A DNA stretch of 63,254 bases, filler included. It is 5 parts of 5 records of this genome, joined end to end, with 100 filler letters (N's around TTAATTAATTAA, not from the genome) between each part and the next. Parts side by side here need not be neighbours in the genome. Positions count along the whole stretch, not along the records: positions 19,488 to 26,347 come from SRR31156797_818; positions 26,448 to 45,248 come from SRR31156797_823; 3 more parts are not named here. One strand, written 5' to 3'. Shown piece by piece: positions 19,488 through 29,572 of the stretch. The position numbers were made by a program, and so were the translations under genes. The notes beneath the pieces are model-generated. The model had not been told where the DNA came from. It saw only the letters and a list, made by a program, of their open reading frames with translations, and did not search any database. Within the stretch, counting starts at the first letter, position 1, and each line of letters starts with the position of its first letter.

Positions 19488-20570
19488 TTTAATAATTCGG
19501 AAAATAGCCAGTCGGTTGATGTTTTAGACTGGGTAAATGATTTACCGGAATCTGCAGATCAATCAAATATAGTAGAAGTAAAATTTAAATCGACACGAAG
19601 GGAATTTTTCATTAATACCAACCAATTACCTTTAAAGAGAGGCAGTAAAGTTGTGGTTGCAACAATGCCCGGACACGATGTTGGAGATGTAACCCTAACG
19701 GGATACCTGGCAGAAAAACAATATAACCGTAAAGTTAAAAACCCGGAACGATACACGTTAAACCCAATCTACAGAAAAGCCACCGATAACGACTTTGATA
19801 AACTTACCGCAGCCCGCTTACGTGAAAAGCCAACTATGATTCGCGCGCGGCAAATTGCAGCAGAATTGGGTTTGGAAATGAAAATTGGTGATGTTGAGTT
19901 TAGGGGAGATAACAACAAAGCCATTTTCTATTACATTGCTGAAGGACGAGTTGATTTCAGAGAACTAATAAAAAAATACGCACAGGAATTTCGGGTTAAA
20001 ATTGAAATGAAACAGATTGGCGCCCGCCAGGAAGCCGGTTTGGTAGGCGGAATTGGATCGTGTGGCCGGGAACTTTGCTGTTCGAGCTGGCGAACCGACT
20101 TTTCGAGCATTTCTTCCGATTCGGTTTTAAAACAAGGACTGTCGCCTTCGGCACAAAAAATGGCCGGTGCATGCGGCAAACTGAAATGCTGTTTAATGTA
20201 CGAACTGGATGTTTATATTGAAGCAAGAAATGAATTTCCAAAGGAGTTATTATACCTGGAAACATCGAAAGGCATAGCAAAGCCTTTTAAAACAGAATAC
20301 CTGAAAAAAGAAATCTGGTTCTCGTATGTTGAAGGATTACCGGGAAATTCATTTAAACTTTCGTTAAAAGAAGTAAAAAGCATCATTCAAAAAAACAAAC
20401 GTGGAATCTTCCCTGAAATTAATACAACTCCTTTTGAAAAAGAAAAAGAAGAAAAACTCGAGGTTTCCTTAAACGAAAGACTAGACAGATTTGATAATAA
20501 AAATAAACACAAAGGAAGAAACAGAAAAAAAAGAAATTACAAAAGGCCTTTCAATAAATCAAGAAGTTAG
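19488..20570 (+). CDS. PSP1-domain protein (RicT/YaaT family), 5' truncated by the contig edge
   Basis: Frame is open from 19488 (VLDWVNDLP..VEVKFKSTRREFF); VDFRELIK, GGIGSCGRELCC, GACGKLKCCL. Confidence 0.85.
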   Translation, partial: FNNSENSQSVDVLDWVNDLPESADQSNIVEVKFKSTRREFFINTNQLPLKRGSKVVVATMPGHDVGDVTLTGYLAEKQYNRKVKNPERYTLNPIYRKATDNDFDKLTAARLREKPTMIRARQIAAELGLEMKIGDVEFRGDNNKAIFYYIAEGRVDFRELIKKYAQEFRVKIEMKQIGARQEAGLVGGIGSCGRELCCSSWRTDFSSISSDSVLKQGLSPSAQKMAGACGKLKCCLMYELDVYIEARNEFPKELLYLETSKGIAKPFKTEYLKKEIWFSYVEGLPGNSFKLSLKEVKSIIQKNKRGIFPEINTTPFEKEKEEKLEVSLNERLDRFDNKNKHKGRNRKKRNYKRPFNKSRS

Positions 20571-20578
20571 GCACCTGA

Positions 20579-20941
20579 TTATACAATCAAAGCCAGGATT
20601 TTCTCATTTAAGGTTTTTAATGCCATGGGTTTAGCGATATAATCGTCGCAACCTGCAGCAATCGCTTTTTCCTGATCGCCTTTCATTGCATAAGCGGTTT
20701 GAATAATTATGGGTAAATCGGGGTATTTCCTTTTTAAAATCCGGGTGGCTTCATATCCGTCCATTTCGGGCAACTGAACATCCATTAAAACTAAATTTGC
20801 ACCATTTTCTTCAATATACGCTATCCCATCTTTGGCATTTTCAAAATTAATATGGTCAAATCCAAGCATTTGAATAGCAATATTTAAATACTCGGCACTT
20901 GCTTTATTATCTTCAATAGAAACAATACACTTTTTGGTCAT
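20579..20941 (-). CDS. Single-domain response regulator (receiver)
   Basis: IEDN, LVLMDVQLPEMDG, QTA, YIAKP. Confidence 0.9.
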   Translation of the reverse strand: MTKKCIVSIEDNKASAEYLNIAIQMLGFDHINFENAKDGIAYIEENGANLVLMDVQLPEMDGYEATRILKRKYPDLPIIIQTAYAMKGDQEKAIAAGCDDYIAKPMALKTLNEKILALIV

Positions 20942-20975
20942 TGATATATCTTTTAACAAATTTAATTCAACTATT

Positions 20976-23930
20976 TTAACTCTTCCTGAATAATTTTAGA
21001 TAAAAAACAGAACCTTCGCCGGGTTTTGAATCTACCTTAATTTCTCCTCCCAATTTTTCCATAATGGCTGCACTAATTGCCAGCCCAAGACCTGAGCCTT
21101 CAAATTTACGTGCATCTCCTTCTTCGGCTTGCCTAAAAGCCTCAAAAACCATCTTTATTTTTTCTTGCGGAACTCCAACTCCGCTATCTTTTACAAATAA
21201 AGTCAAACAATTTTCATCGGCCGATAAACAACCGAATTTTATGACACCTTTTTTCGTAAATTTAAAGGCATTCTCTAGTAAATTTTCAAATACCTGCTGA
21301 AGTTTGGCCTTATCTGAATGAACAACCTGCCAGTTTTTATCAGAACATAAATTAGATTCAAATTTTATTTTATCCAATTTATCTTTATTCAGAATTTTAT
21401 ACGAACCGTGTAATTCTGAGATCAAATCATTTAAATCGAACTCAACTTTTTCGAATTCCATTTGATTCGACTGAATCATAGAAATATCAATAATATCGTC
21501 GATTACTTTTATAAGCCTTCTTCCAGAACTATTAATAATATCGCTATAATATTCAAGCTTATTTTTATCGGAAATACCCGAACATATTACACTGGAAAAA
21601 CCAAGAATTCCATTTAACGGAGTACGTATTTCATGACTCATGTTGGTAAGAAATATCGATTTCAAACGATCACTTTCTTCGGCTTTTTCTTTTGAATTCT
21701 TTAAATCTTCAATCATTTGTTTCTTTTCCGAAACGTCTTCTTTAATGGCAACAAAATGTTTAATCTCCCCATTTTCGTTTGATATGGGCGAAATTATGGT
21801 ACTCTCCCAATAAGGTGTTCCATCTTTTTTACAATTATGAAATTCGCCGTACCATGTTTCTCCCGAAGTTATTGTTTCCCAGAGCTTCTTATAATAACTT
21901 TCAGGATATTTATCTGATTTTAGCATGCTGGGGTTGTTCCCTATAAATTCATCGTACTTGTAACCAGTAGCTTTTTCACAGCCTGGATTTACATATTCTA
22001 TAATTCCTTCGGTATTAGTAATCATAACACCAATTGGAACTTGTTCTACAGTTTGCTGCAGGAGCTGTAACCGTAATTCGTGTTCTTTTAACTCGGTAAT
22101 ATCGCGCCCAATACCAACCAAACCAACTATTTTGTTATCATCATTTTTCAGTGGGAATTTTGATGTTAGTATTACCCTTTCCTTGTCTTTCTGCGGAAGT
22201 ATCTCCTGTCGGTTAAAAATTGTTTTCCCTTTTTCGATTACCTGTAAATCATCGTCGGTATATATTTTTGCTACCTCTTCCGGATACAGATCATAGTCGG
22301 TTTTCCCAATTATTTCATCTACACTCTCCACTCCGCAGTTAATAGCATCACCTTTATTGGCAATCAATTTCCGACAATTTATATCTTTCATATAAATGGC
22401 ATCAGGAATATTGTCGATGACCGTTCTTAATAACTTATTAGAGTAATTTATCTCTTCTTCGGCTTTTTTACTAACGGTAATATCCTGCACCGTACCTCGC
22501 AAAGAGTAGGTGTTATTTTTTGCTTTTTTACCGGGTAAACAAATTATTTCAATCCATTTAAATTTATTTTTTGGCAACAATAACTTTAACTGAATTTCAA
22601 ATTCTTTTCTGTTAAAAGATGCTTCATTGACCGAATTTCTTAGCACTTGTAAATCATCGTCGCTAAAATACCCTTTAAGGCTTTTATAATCAACTGAATT
22701 TGTTGTTTGTTCTATTTCAAAGATTTCATATACCTGTTCCGACCAATTTAAGATTTCTGTTTCCGGGTTAAATTTCCAGTTACCAATTTGTGCAATTTCC
22801 TGTGCCAATTTTAAATCTTCCAAACTTTCTTCCAGCGCTTCCCTTGCTTTTACCCGCTCTGTAATTTCTGAAAAGGTAACAGCAAAGAAATTCTTTTTTG
22901 GAGAATAGGCTGCTACTTCAAAATGTTTATCCAGTTCAGCAGAATAGTCTTGAAAAGTTACTGCTTTCCCGGTTATGGCAACTTCTCCATATCGTTTTAT
23001 CCAATTACTTTCAGTGCTAGGCATCAATTCCAGAACTCGTTTATTTAGAATTTTGTTTCGTTTCAGGCCGGTTAACTCTTCAAATTTTTCATTTACATCG
23101 AGAAACACATAATCGATGGGTTCTTTTTTATTATTGACAATGATTTTATGATAAGCAAAAGCACTATTCATGTTTTTGAAAAGTTGCTTTAAACTGTTTT
23201 CACTTTCCATTAACGAATTTTGAATTTGCTGGTTTTTTGTAATATCGTGAATCACTCCAAAAACCATTTTTTTATCTTCTCTATATTCAGCAATTGAATG
23301 AATACAACGAATTTCGCCTGTGTTTTTTCGTTTAATTTTAAATTTTAAGTTGTACGGTTTACCCAGAGTAATTAAATCTTCCAATTGCTTATTCAAAATC
23401 TTCCTGTATCTTTTTAACGGAAAATTCTGTGCTTGGTCAAGTGTTAAAACTTCATCATTTACACCATAAATATTTCTAGCTCCCGGAGAAGCAATCATTA
23501 TTTTATCTTCGATATTAAATTCCCAATAACCGAAATCGGTTAAATTCTCGGCCCGGGCTAGTCTTTTTGAATTTATTTTCAATTCCTTTTTTGTTTTTAT
23601 TTCCTCCGAAATATCTTCAAAAATGACCATTACCATATCATCTTCCAGTTCAGTAACATTTGCTTTAAAGAACTCTTTTTTGTTTTTACCTATCTTTTCA
23701 ATTGCATAATTTGGACTCTTCTCCGACTTAATTGCTTTTTGACAAAAACATCCACCTGAGTTATTTTGACAAGATCCATCTTTATCAAACAGAAATTTGT
23801 AACAAAGGTTATTTCCTTCAGAAACCGAAGGATCGTTGGTTTGAACAATTTCCTTAGTTTGTAAATTGATAATATAAAACTTCGAGGGTAACAATTTTAG
23901 AATTTCATCCGCATTTAATAAACGCTTCAT
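20976..23930 (-). CDS. Multi-PAS cytoplasmic histidine kinase
   Basis: Several PAS/PAC repeats; MSHEIRTPLN, NLLENAFKF, DSGVG, GSGLGL. Confidence 0.9.
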   Translation of the reverse strand: MKRLLNADEILKLLPSKFYIINLQTKEIVQTNDPSVSEGNNLCYKFLFDKDGSCQNNSGGCFCQKAIKSEKSPNYAIEKIGKNKKEFFKANVTELEDDMVMVIFEDISEEIKTKKELKINSKRLARAENLTDFGYWEFNIEDKIMIASPGARNIYGVNDEVLTLDQAQNFPLKRYRKILNKQLEDLITLGKPYNLKFKIKRKNTGEIRCIHSIAEYREDKKMVFGVIHDITKNQQIQNSLMESENSLKQLFKNMNSAFAYHKIIVNNKKEPIDYVFLDVNEKFEELTGLKRNKILNKRVLELMPSTESNWIKRYGEVAITGKAVTFQDYSAELDKHFEVAAYSPKKNFFAVTFSEITERVKAREALEESLEDLKLAQEIAQIGNWKFNPETEILNWSEQVYEIFEIEQTTNSVDYKSLKGYFSDDDLQVLRNSVNEASFNRKEFEIQLKLLLPKNKFKWIEIICLPGKKAKNNTYSLRGTVQDITVSKKAEEEINYSNKLLRTVIDNIPDAIYMKDINCRKLIANKGDAINCGVESVDEIIGKTDYDLYPEEVAKIYTDDDLQVIEKGKTIFNRQEILPQKDKERVILTSKFPLKNDDNKIVGLVGIGRDITELKEHELRLQLLQQTVEQVPIGVMITNTEGIIEYVNPGCEKATGYKYDEFIGNNPSMLKSDKYPESYYKKLWETITSGETWYGEFHNCKKDGTPYWESTIISPISNENGEIKHFVAIKEDVSEKKQMIEDLKNSKEKAEESDRLKSIFLTNMSHEIRTPLNGILGFSSVICSGISDKNKLEYYSDIINSSGRRLIKVIDDIIDISMIQSNQMEFEKVEFDLNDLISELHGSYKILNKDKLDKIKFESNLCSDKNWQVVHSDKAKLQQVFENLLENAFKFTKKGVIKFGCLSADENCLTLFVKDSGVGVPQEKIKMVFEAFRQAEEGDARKFEGSGLGLAISAAIMEKLGGEIKVDSKPGEGSVFYLKLFRKS

Positions 23931-24294
23931 TTTTTTAATTAGAATGACTTGGTTAAATGATTAAGTTTTAATTATCCTTCTAACTTTCCGAAACAGATGC
24001 AATTATAATCCATAAGCTCATTCTAAAGCTAACAAAAAAGAACCTATGTTAAGTATGATTATGGATTATTCAATTTTGGTTTAAAATATATTTCGCCCGA
24101 TTGTGTTTAATACAAAAGTTGAATTTAACCTTTATTTCAGTTTTTAACAAATCGAACATCATAAAAGAAAATTCATTTTTTATATTCGCTTGTTATATTG
24201 CTTCTTATTTCCAACAAGTTACAGCAAAAAACTTAATTTATGTAATACATGAAAATAATAACATCTAAAACTTTACAAGCAAGTTTAAGAAAAA

Positions 24295-24933
24295 CTACTT
24301 TTTACGAATAACGGTCATTCCATCGCGGAGGGGTAAAATCACTTTTTCAACCCGGCTGTCTTTTTTTATACGATTATTAAACTCAAGAACACCTTTAGTT
24401 TGAAAGTCGTCGTGGGTTGGTTTCTGAATCACTTTGCCGTTCCAGAGTGTATTATCAGCAATTATATATCCACCGGTTTTTACCTTTTCGAAAACGGCAT
24501 TAAAATAAGCGAGGTATTCTCTTTTGTCGGCATCGATAAAAACCAGGTCGAACGCATTTTTTAATGTTGGAATTATCTCAAGTGCCGATCCAATTTTTTG
24601 CTCAATACTTTTGTCAACTCCGGCTTTTAAAAAATATCTTTTTGCAAAATCTTCCAGTTCGTCGTCAGTTTCAATGGTAATAAGTTTTCCGTTTTCTTTT
24701 AACCCGCGCGCCAGACAAATGGCAGAATAGCCTGTAAAAGTTCCTAGTTCAAGAATGTTTTCAGGTTGAATCATTTTCGATAACATGGTTAGAACTTGCC
24801 CCTGCAAATGCCCGGAAATCATTCGTGCTCCCAGAACTTTTAAATGAGTTTCCCTGTCTAATTCCTTTAACACCTCATCTTCCTGACCAATGTGATCGAG
24901 AATATACTTATCTATTTCTTCTAATCGATTCAT
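24295..24933 (-). CDS. SAM-dependent O-methyltransferase (Methyltransf_3 / TrmR-like)
   Basis: ILELGTFTGYS, FDLVFIDADK, ADNTLW, PLRDG. Confidence 0.9.
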   Translation of the reverse strand: MNRLEEIDKYILDHIGQEDEVLKELDRETHLKVLGARMISGHLQGQVLTMLSKMIQPENILELGTFTGYSAICLARGLKENGKLITIETDDELEDFAKRYFLKAGVDKSIEQKIGSALEIIPTLKNAFDLVFIDADKREYLAYFNAVFEKVKTGGYIIADNTLWNGKVIQKPTHDDFQTKGVLEFNNRIKKDSRVEKVILPLRDGMTVIRKK

Positions 24934-24934
24934 T

Positions 24935-26164
24935 CTAGAAATATATCAGCCTGCTTAAATCTTTAACTTTCAATATATCGTTGGCTACTTCCTGTAATTC
25001 TTCAGCGGTAATTGCATTAATTTTTTCAAAAACCACCCTCATTGGATCCACTTTATCGTACAGCAAATAACTTTTCCCGATGGTTAACATCAAATCCTCT
25101 CTGCTTTCGGTTGAAATTGCAATCTGACCAATTAATTGCTTTTTTGCCTTGCTTAGCTGAATTGATCCAAGCTTTTTATCGCGTAACAATTTGAATTCTT
25201 TCAAAACCAAATCGTACGCTTTCTCGAAATTCTCTTTATCGGTTCCAAAATAAACGCTAAACAATCCGGTATCGGAATAGGCCGTATAATTCGATTCTAT
25301 GTTATATGCCATTCCTTTTCTCTCGCGCAACGCAAGGTTTAATCTCGAATTCATAGATTGACCTCCGAGTAAATTATTGAGCAAAACCATAACAATTCGT
25401 TTGTTGTGCATAATATCGTAGGCAATATTTCCTAAAACACAATGGGTTTGAAAAGTATCTTTTTCGACTTTTTTCTCGCCCTTGTTATAATTTCTGAATT
25501 TTTCCCTTCCGTTGGTTCTGTATTTTGCCTCAACAGCACCAAAATATTTTTCGACAATACGAACTAAACTTTCGAAGCTAATTTTTCCCACCGAACTAAT
25601 TACCATTTGGTTGGTATGGTAATTATTTTTAATAAAATTTAGTATTGTTTCGCGATTAAACTTATTAATATTTTCACTCGTCCCCAGAATATTTCTTGCA
25701 ATTGGATGGCCATCAAAAACCAGCTCCTCAAATTCATCAAAAATTAATTCTGAAGGCGAATCTTTATACGAATTTATCTCTTCGGCAATTACTTCTTTTT
25801 CTCTGTTAATCTCTTTTTCAGGATAAACACTATTAAAAAGAATATCGGTTAACAATTCTGCTGCCCGCTCGTAATATTCAGACAAAAAGGTAGAATAAAG
25901 AGTTGTTTCTTCTTTGGTAGTATATGCATTTAACTCTCCGCCAACATCTTCAATCCGACTTAAAACATGAAAAGCTTTGCGTTTTTTTGTCCCTTTAAAA
26001 ACTGAATGTTCGATAAAATGAGCCAGGCCATGTTCATTCTTCGCTTCATCGCGCGAACCGGTATTTATTAATATTCCCAGGTGCCCCACCGGAGAATCTG
26101 TTTCTTTATGAATAATCCGAATCCCGTTACTAAGTGTATATGTCAGAAAATCAGTATCTACCAT
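24935..26164 (-). CDS. M16 family zinc metallopeptidase
   Basis: GSRDE..GLAHFIEH (HxxEH), LNAYT, SRL..LRERKGMAY. Start ATG 26164 preferred. Confidence 0.9.
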   Translation of the reverse strand: MVDTDFLTYTLSNGIRIIHKETDSPVGHLGILINTGSRDEAKNEHGLAHFIEHSVFKGTKKRKAFHVLSRIEDVGGELNAYTTKEETTLYSTFLSEYYERAAELLTDILFNSVYPEKEINREKEVIAEEINSYKDSPSELIFDEFEELVFDGHPIARNILGTSENINKFNRETILNFIKNNYHTNQMVISSVGKISFESLVRIVEKYFGAVEAKYRTNGREKFRNYNKGEKKVEKDTFQTHCVLGNIAYDIMHNKRIVMVLLNNLLGGQSMNSRLNLALRERKGMAYNIESNYTAYSDTGLFSVYFGTDKENFEKAYDLVLKEFKLLRDKKLGSIQLSKAKKQLIGQIAISTESREDLMLTIGKSYLLYDKVDPMRVVFEKINAITAEELQEVANDILKVKDLSRLIYF

Positions 26165-26184
26165 TGATAAAATTAATGAGCCAG

Positions 26185-26215
26185 CAAAAGTATAAAAAGA
26201 AAGACTCAACACAAA
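26185..26215 (-). promoter_or_regulatory. Bacteroidota-type housekeeping promoter (-33 TTTG / -7 TAnnTTTG)
   Basis: Minus strand reads TTTG-N19-TACTTTTG, about 20 nt upstream of the peptidase ATG. Confidence 0.65.
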
Positions 26216-26270
26216 CAACCATTGAGTTTTTGATTTTTTTTATGTTTCTTTCAATTTGAGAAAAAAAATC

Positions 26271-26300
26271 TTTGTGATTTTGAAAAATTGTTTACTTTTG
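26271..26300 (+). promoter_or_regulatory. Bacteroidota-type promoter for the tRNA
   Basis: TTTG-N18-TACTTTTG, 17 nt before the tRNA 5' end. Confidence 0.55.
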
Positions 26301-26317
26301 TCACACCAAAATAAAGG

Positions 26318-26347
26318 GGTGCCATAGCTCAGTTGGTAGAGCAACGG
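26318..26347 (+). tRNA. tRNA 5' part, probably tRNA-Phe, truncated by the contig end
   Basis: GGTGCCA-TA-GCTC-AGTTGGTA-GAGC-A-ACGG gives the acceptor strand and D-arm. The anticodon is not visible, so identity is inferred from resemblance to Bacteroidota tRNA-Phe. Confidence 0.75.
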
Positions 26348-26447
26348 NNNNNNNNNNNNNNNNNNNNNNNNNNNNNNNNNNNNNNNNNNNNTTAATTAAT
26401 TAANNNNNNNNNNNNNNNNNNNNNNNNNNNNNNNNNNNNNNNNNNNN
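26348..26447. other. Artificial contig spacer
   Basis: N-run containing TTAATTAATTAA. Confidence 0.98.
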
Positions 26448-26676
26448 AAGCAAAGTACGCTTAATCCGGAAGAACCGCATTTTGGCTTAGCGACCAAACA
26501 TGCAACCAGTCTACACACAACCATGTCACACTTCATGATACAGAACGATTCTGGACATTGACGATACACAGTGCGCCCTATACTCTGCAGACACTCCCAG
26601 TTGGAAAATGTGAACCCACTTGCATTTGTAAAACAGTAGAAATTGATAAAATCAGCTTTTACAGGAGTAAATAAAA

Positions 26677-28098
26677 ATGAATAGTATAACTTCTAGTAGC
26701 CAAAAAGAAGACATAGCAACGTCAGAAAAAGAAATCATCCATATCGTTTCCCGGCAACGTGACTATTTCAAATCAGGCGCTACAAAAAGTTACCAGAGCC
26801 GTATTGAAAACCTGACCAAACTTAAGTCGGCACTTATCAGATATGAAAGTGAAATACATGCAGCCTTAAAACAGGATCTGGGAAAACCAACGTTTGAAGC
26901 GTATCTTTCTGAAACAGGTTTCAGCCTTCTTGATATATCTGAAACTATCAGTAAATTGAACCGTTGGATGAAGCCTAAGCGATCATTAACATCGCTGCTG
27001 ACCCAGCCAGGTTCCAGTCGCATTTATTACTCACCGCTTGGTGTAAACCTCATCATTGCACCTTATAACTACCCAATAAACCTAACGTTCTCACCGCTGA
27101 CCGCTGCCATTGCTGCAGGCAATACTGCAGTTATTAAAACATCGGAGATGACACCTGCCTGCAGCGCAATTATTCGCACCTTAATTAGTGAGACCTTTCC
27201 GCCGGAATTTATCGCGTATATAGAAGGTGAGGTTCTAGAAACGACACTGCTGCTCCAACAAAAATTTGATCACATCTTCTTTACCGGCAGCCCGCGTGTG
27301 GGTTCTATAGTCATGAGCGCAGCAGCAAAAAACCTGACTCCGGTTACATTGGAATTAGGCGGGAAAAGCCCCTGCATCGTTCATAAAGATGCTAAGCTTG
27401 ACATTGCTGTTAAGCGTATTGTCAGTGGAAAATTTCTTAACGCTGGTCAAACCTGTATTGCACCAGATTATGTATTGGTGCACAGATCTATTAAAGATGC
27501 CTTTTTGTCCAAATTAAAAGATCGCATTCTTTCCGTCTATGGTGAAGATGCGAGTGCCAGTCCCGATTTTGCACGTATAGTGAGCGACAACCACTTTCAG
27601 CGCATTTGCGGCTTAATTGACCAACAAAAAGTGGTGGTTGGGGGGCAAAATGATGCAACAGCCCTATTTATTGCCCCTACCGTGATGCGTGATGTGTTGT
27701 TGACTGACGAGGTCATGTCCGAGGAAATATTTGGACCGATTTTGCCGGTGCTGGAATATGAAAAAATGTCTGATGTCTATGAGATCGTGGACCAGCTGCC
27801 GCAGTACCCGCTGACCTGTTACATATATTCTGAAAGCACTGTTATTCAAGAAGAAATCATCAGCACCATCCAGTCAGGAAATGCCTACATCAACAACTGC
27901 GTTTTTCATGTTGCCAATCACTATCTCCCCTTTGGCGGTGTTGGCGAAAGTGGTATTGGTGCATATCATGGTTTTCACGGATTTGAGCGCTTTTCTCATA
28001 AAAAAGGCGTCCTGAAAACGGCTACGTGGATAGATATCCCGCTCACGTATGCCCCTTATGGAAACAAACTAAAAATACTACAAAAAATCTTAAAATAG
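26677..28098 (+). CDS. NAD(P)-dependent aldehyde dehydrogenase (ALDH3-like)
   Basis: PYNYP, FTGS, LELGGKSP, NAGQTCIAPD, EEIFGP, PFGGVGESG. Confidence 0.92.
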   Translation: MNSITSSSQKEDIATSEKEIIHIVSRQRDYFKSGATKSYQSRIENLTKLKSALIRYESEIHAALKQDLGKPTFEAYLSETGFSLLDISETISKLNRWMKPKRSLTSLLTQPGSSRIYYSPLGVNLIIAPYNYPINLTFSPLTAAIAAGNTAVIKTSEMTPACSAIIRTLISETFPPEFIAYIEGEVLETTLLLQQKFDHIFFTGSPRVGSIVMSAAAKNLTPVTLELGGKSPCIVHKDAKLDIAVKRIVSGKFLNAGQTCIAPDYVLVHRSIKDAFLSKLKDRILSVYGEDASASPDFARIVSDNHFQRICGLIDQQKVVVGGQNDATALFIAPTVMRDVLLTDEVMSEEIFGPILPVLEYEKMSDVYEIVDQLPQYPLTCYIYSESTVIQEEIISTIQSGNAYINNCVFHVANHYLPFGGVGESGIGAYHGFHGFERFSHKKGVLKTATWIDIPLTYAPYGNKLKILQKILK

Positions 28099-28170
28099 CG
28101 CACGACAGGCTATATTTTCCCTCCTGCCCCCCCAACAGATTACATTAAACCTTCTTGTAACGACCTTCAA

Positions 28171-28824
28171 TCAAGAATGGAAATGATGCCTGACCCCATC
28201 GATTAACATAACAAGATGCATGATTGCTCCGCCTGAAATAAAGAGATGAAAAATTTCGTGAAACCCGAAGAAACCTGGTCGAGGATTAGGTTTCTTACAG
28301 GCATATATGATTGCACCAATTGTATATGAAAGACCGCCTGCTACTAAAAGAATGAAGGCAACCCTTGGCATAATTTTGACTAAGGTTACCATAGGAACCA
28401 AAACAAGCCACCCCATGAGAAGATAAATAATCGTTCCTATCACCCTAGGTGCATTGATAAATAAGAATTTAAAAAGCGTCCCGAGAATCACAAGTGACCA
28501 CTGAGCAATAAGGACACCCCACCTCATCTTCCCCTCAAGATAAAGGAAACAGAGTGGGGTGTAGGTTCCTGCTATAAGAAAAAAAATCGCAGTGTGATCG
28601 AGTTTTCTCCAGATCGTTTTGTCATTTTCAATTTGTTTTTTTGAATGGTACATGAAACTCGCACCAAAAAGGAAAGTGCCAGACACACCATAAATAATCG
28701 AAACAACCTGGGTCGATACATCGCCCATCGAAAGTACAACCAATACAAGCGAACCAATTGCTATTATTGGTATCGTGGCACAGTGCGAGTAAGCAGCAAT
28801 TTTTTCAGAGACAAGTATCTTCAT
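28171..28824 (-). CDS. Hemolysin III / PAQR family membrane protein (TrhA-like)
   Basis: S..YH, KLDHTAIFFLIAGTYTP, GFHEIFHLF. Confidence 0.9.
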   Translation of the reverse strand: MKILVSEKIAAYSHCATIPIIAIGSLVLVVLSMGDVSTQVVSIIYGVSGTFLFGASFMYHSKKQIENDKTIWRKLDHTAIFFLIAGTYTPLCFLYLEGKMRWGVLIAQWSLVILGTLFKFLFINAPRVIGTIIYLLMGWLVLVPMVTLVKIMPRVAFILLVAGGLSYTIGAIIYACKKPNPRPGFFGFHEIFHLFISGGAIMHLVMLIDGVRHHFHS

Positions 28825-28961
28825 GTTTTTTCCTTTAACTTAAACACAAAAAACCATCACTACATGCATTCCAGCTCATTTCACGCCCTTTGGTGTAATG
28901 ACATTCCTGACTCGCTCTTCGCTAAAAGTTGCTGAACAAGGACCAAAAATAGGGAAAATTG

Positions 28962-29438
28962 CTATTTGACAGTATAGCCTTTTCCTTCAAGGCACGCAGA
29001 ATAAGCACGATTAAATCTATCAATTTGCTGCTGATAGACCTGTTGCGCTTGTTGGTCGACCGATGCTGTTGCCTGTCCCTGCCGACGGTTTCGTATCCCT
29101 CCAGCCAAACCACCTACAACGGCACCCGCAGCAGCGCCTTTCCCAAATTCCCCACCCAACGAACCTCCAAGTCCACCAACAGCAGCACCAGCTGCAGCAC
29201 TTTTCAAAACAGGCTTGCCACTTTGTTGTTGGGCACTTGACGTCGGAGCAGCAAGTTTTGAAGGATCAACACCGCTTTGATTTACAGCCCAGTTTCGACA
29301 CTCCTGCAAGTCGGCACTCTGTTGTTGAGCTGATTGACCTTTGGCGGGAAAAACCATTAACTCTGACCCACAAACAGTCGACAGAGGGAAAATGCACAAT
29401 GTCAGGAACAAAGCTGTTGATTTAAGTGTTTGGTTCAT
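28962..29438 (-). CDS. Exported glycine-zipper protein
   Basis: Signal peptide, PAKGQS..QQ..D..EC..WA, Gly/Ala zipper, CLEGKGYTVK. Confidence 0.75.
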   Translation of the reverse strand: MNQTLKSTALFLTLCIFPLSTVCGSELMVFPAKGQSAQQQSADLQECRNWAVNQSGVDPSKLAAPTSSAQQQSGKPVLKSAAAGAAVGGLGGSLGGEFGKGAAAGAVVGGLAGGIRNRRQGQATASVDQQAQQVYQQQIDRFNRAYSACLEGKGYTVK

Positions 29439-29572
29439 GCGTTCCTCTTTATTATTCTTGTTGAGAAAAAAACTATACTAATGACTACCGTGATGACTAT
29501 AAATGTGTCTTTGAGGTTGCCTCTTCATACAAATTGATGAATCTCATGGCCACACGCCTGGCCTTCAATCTA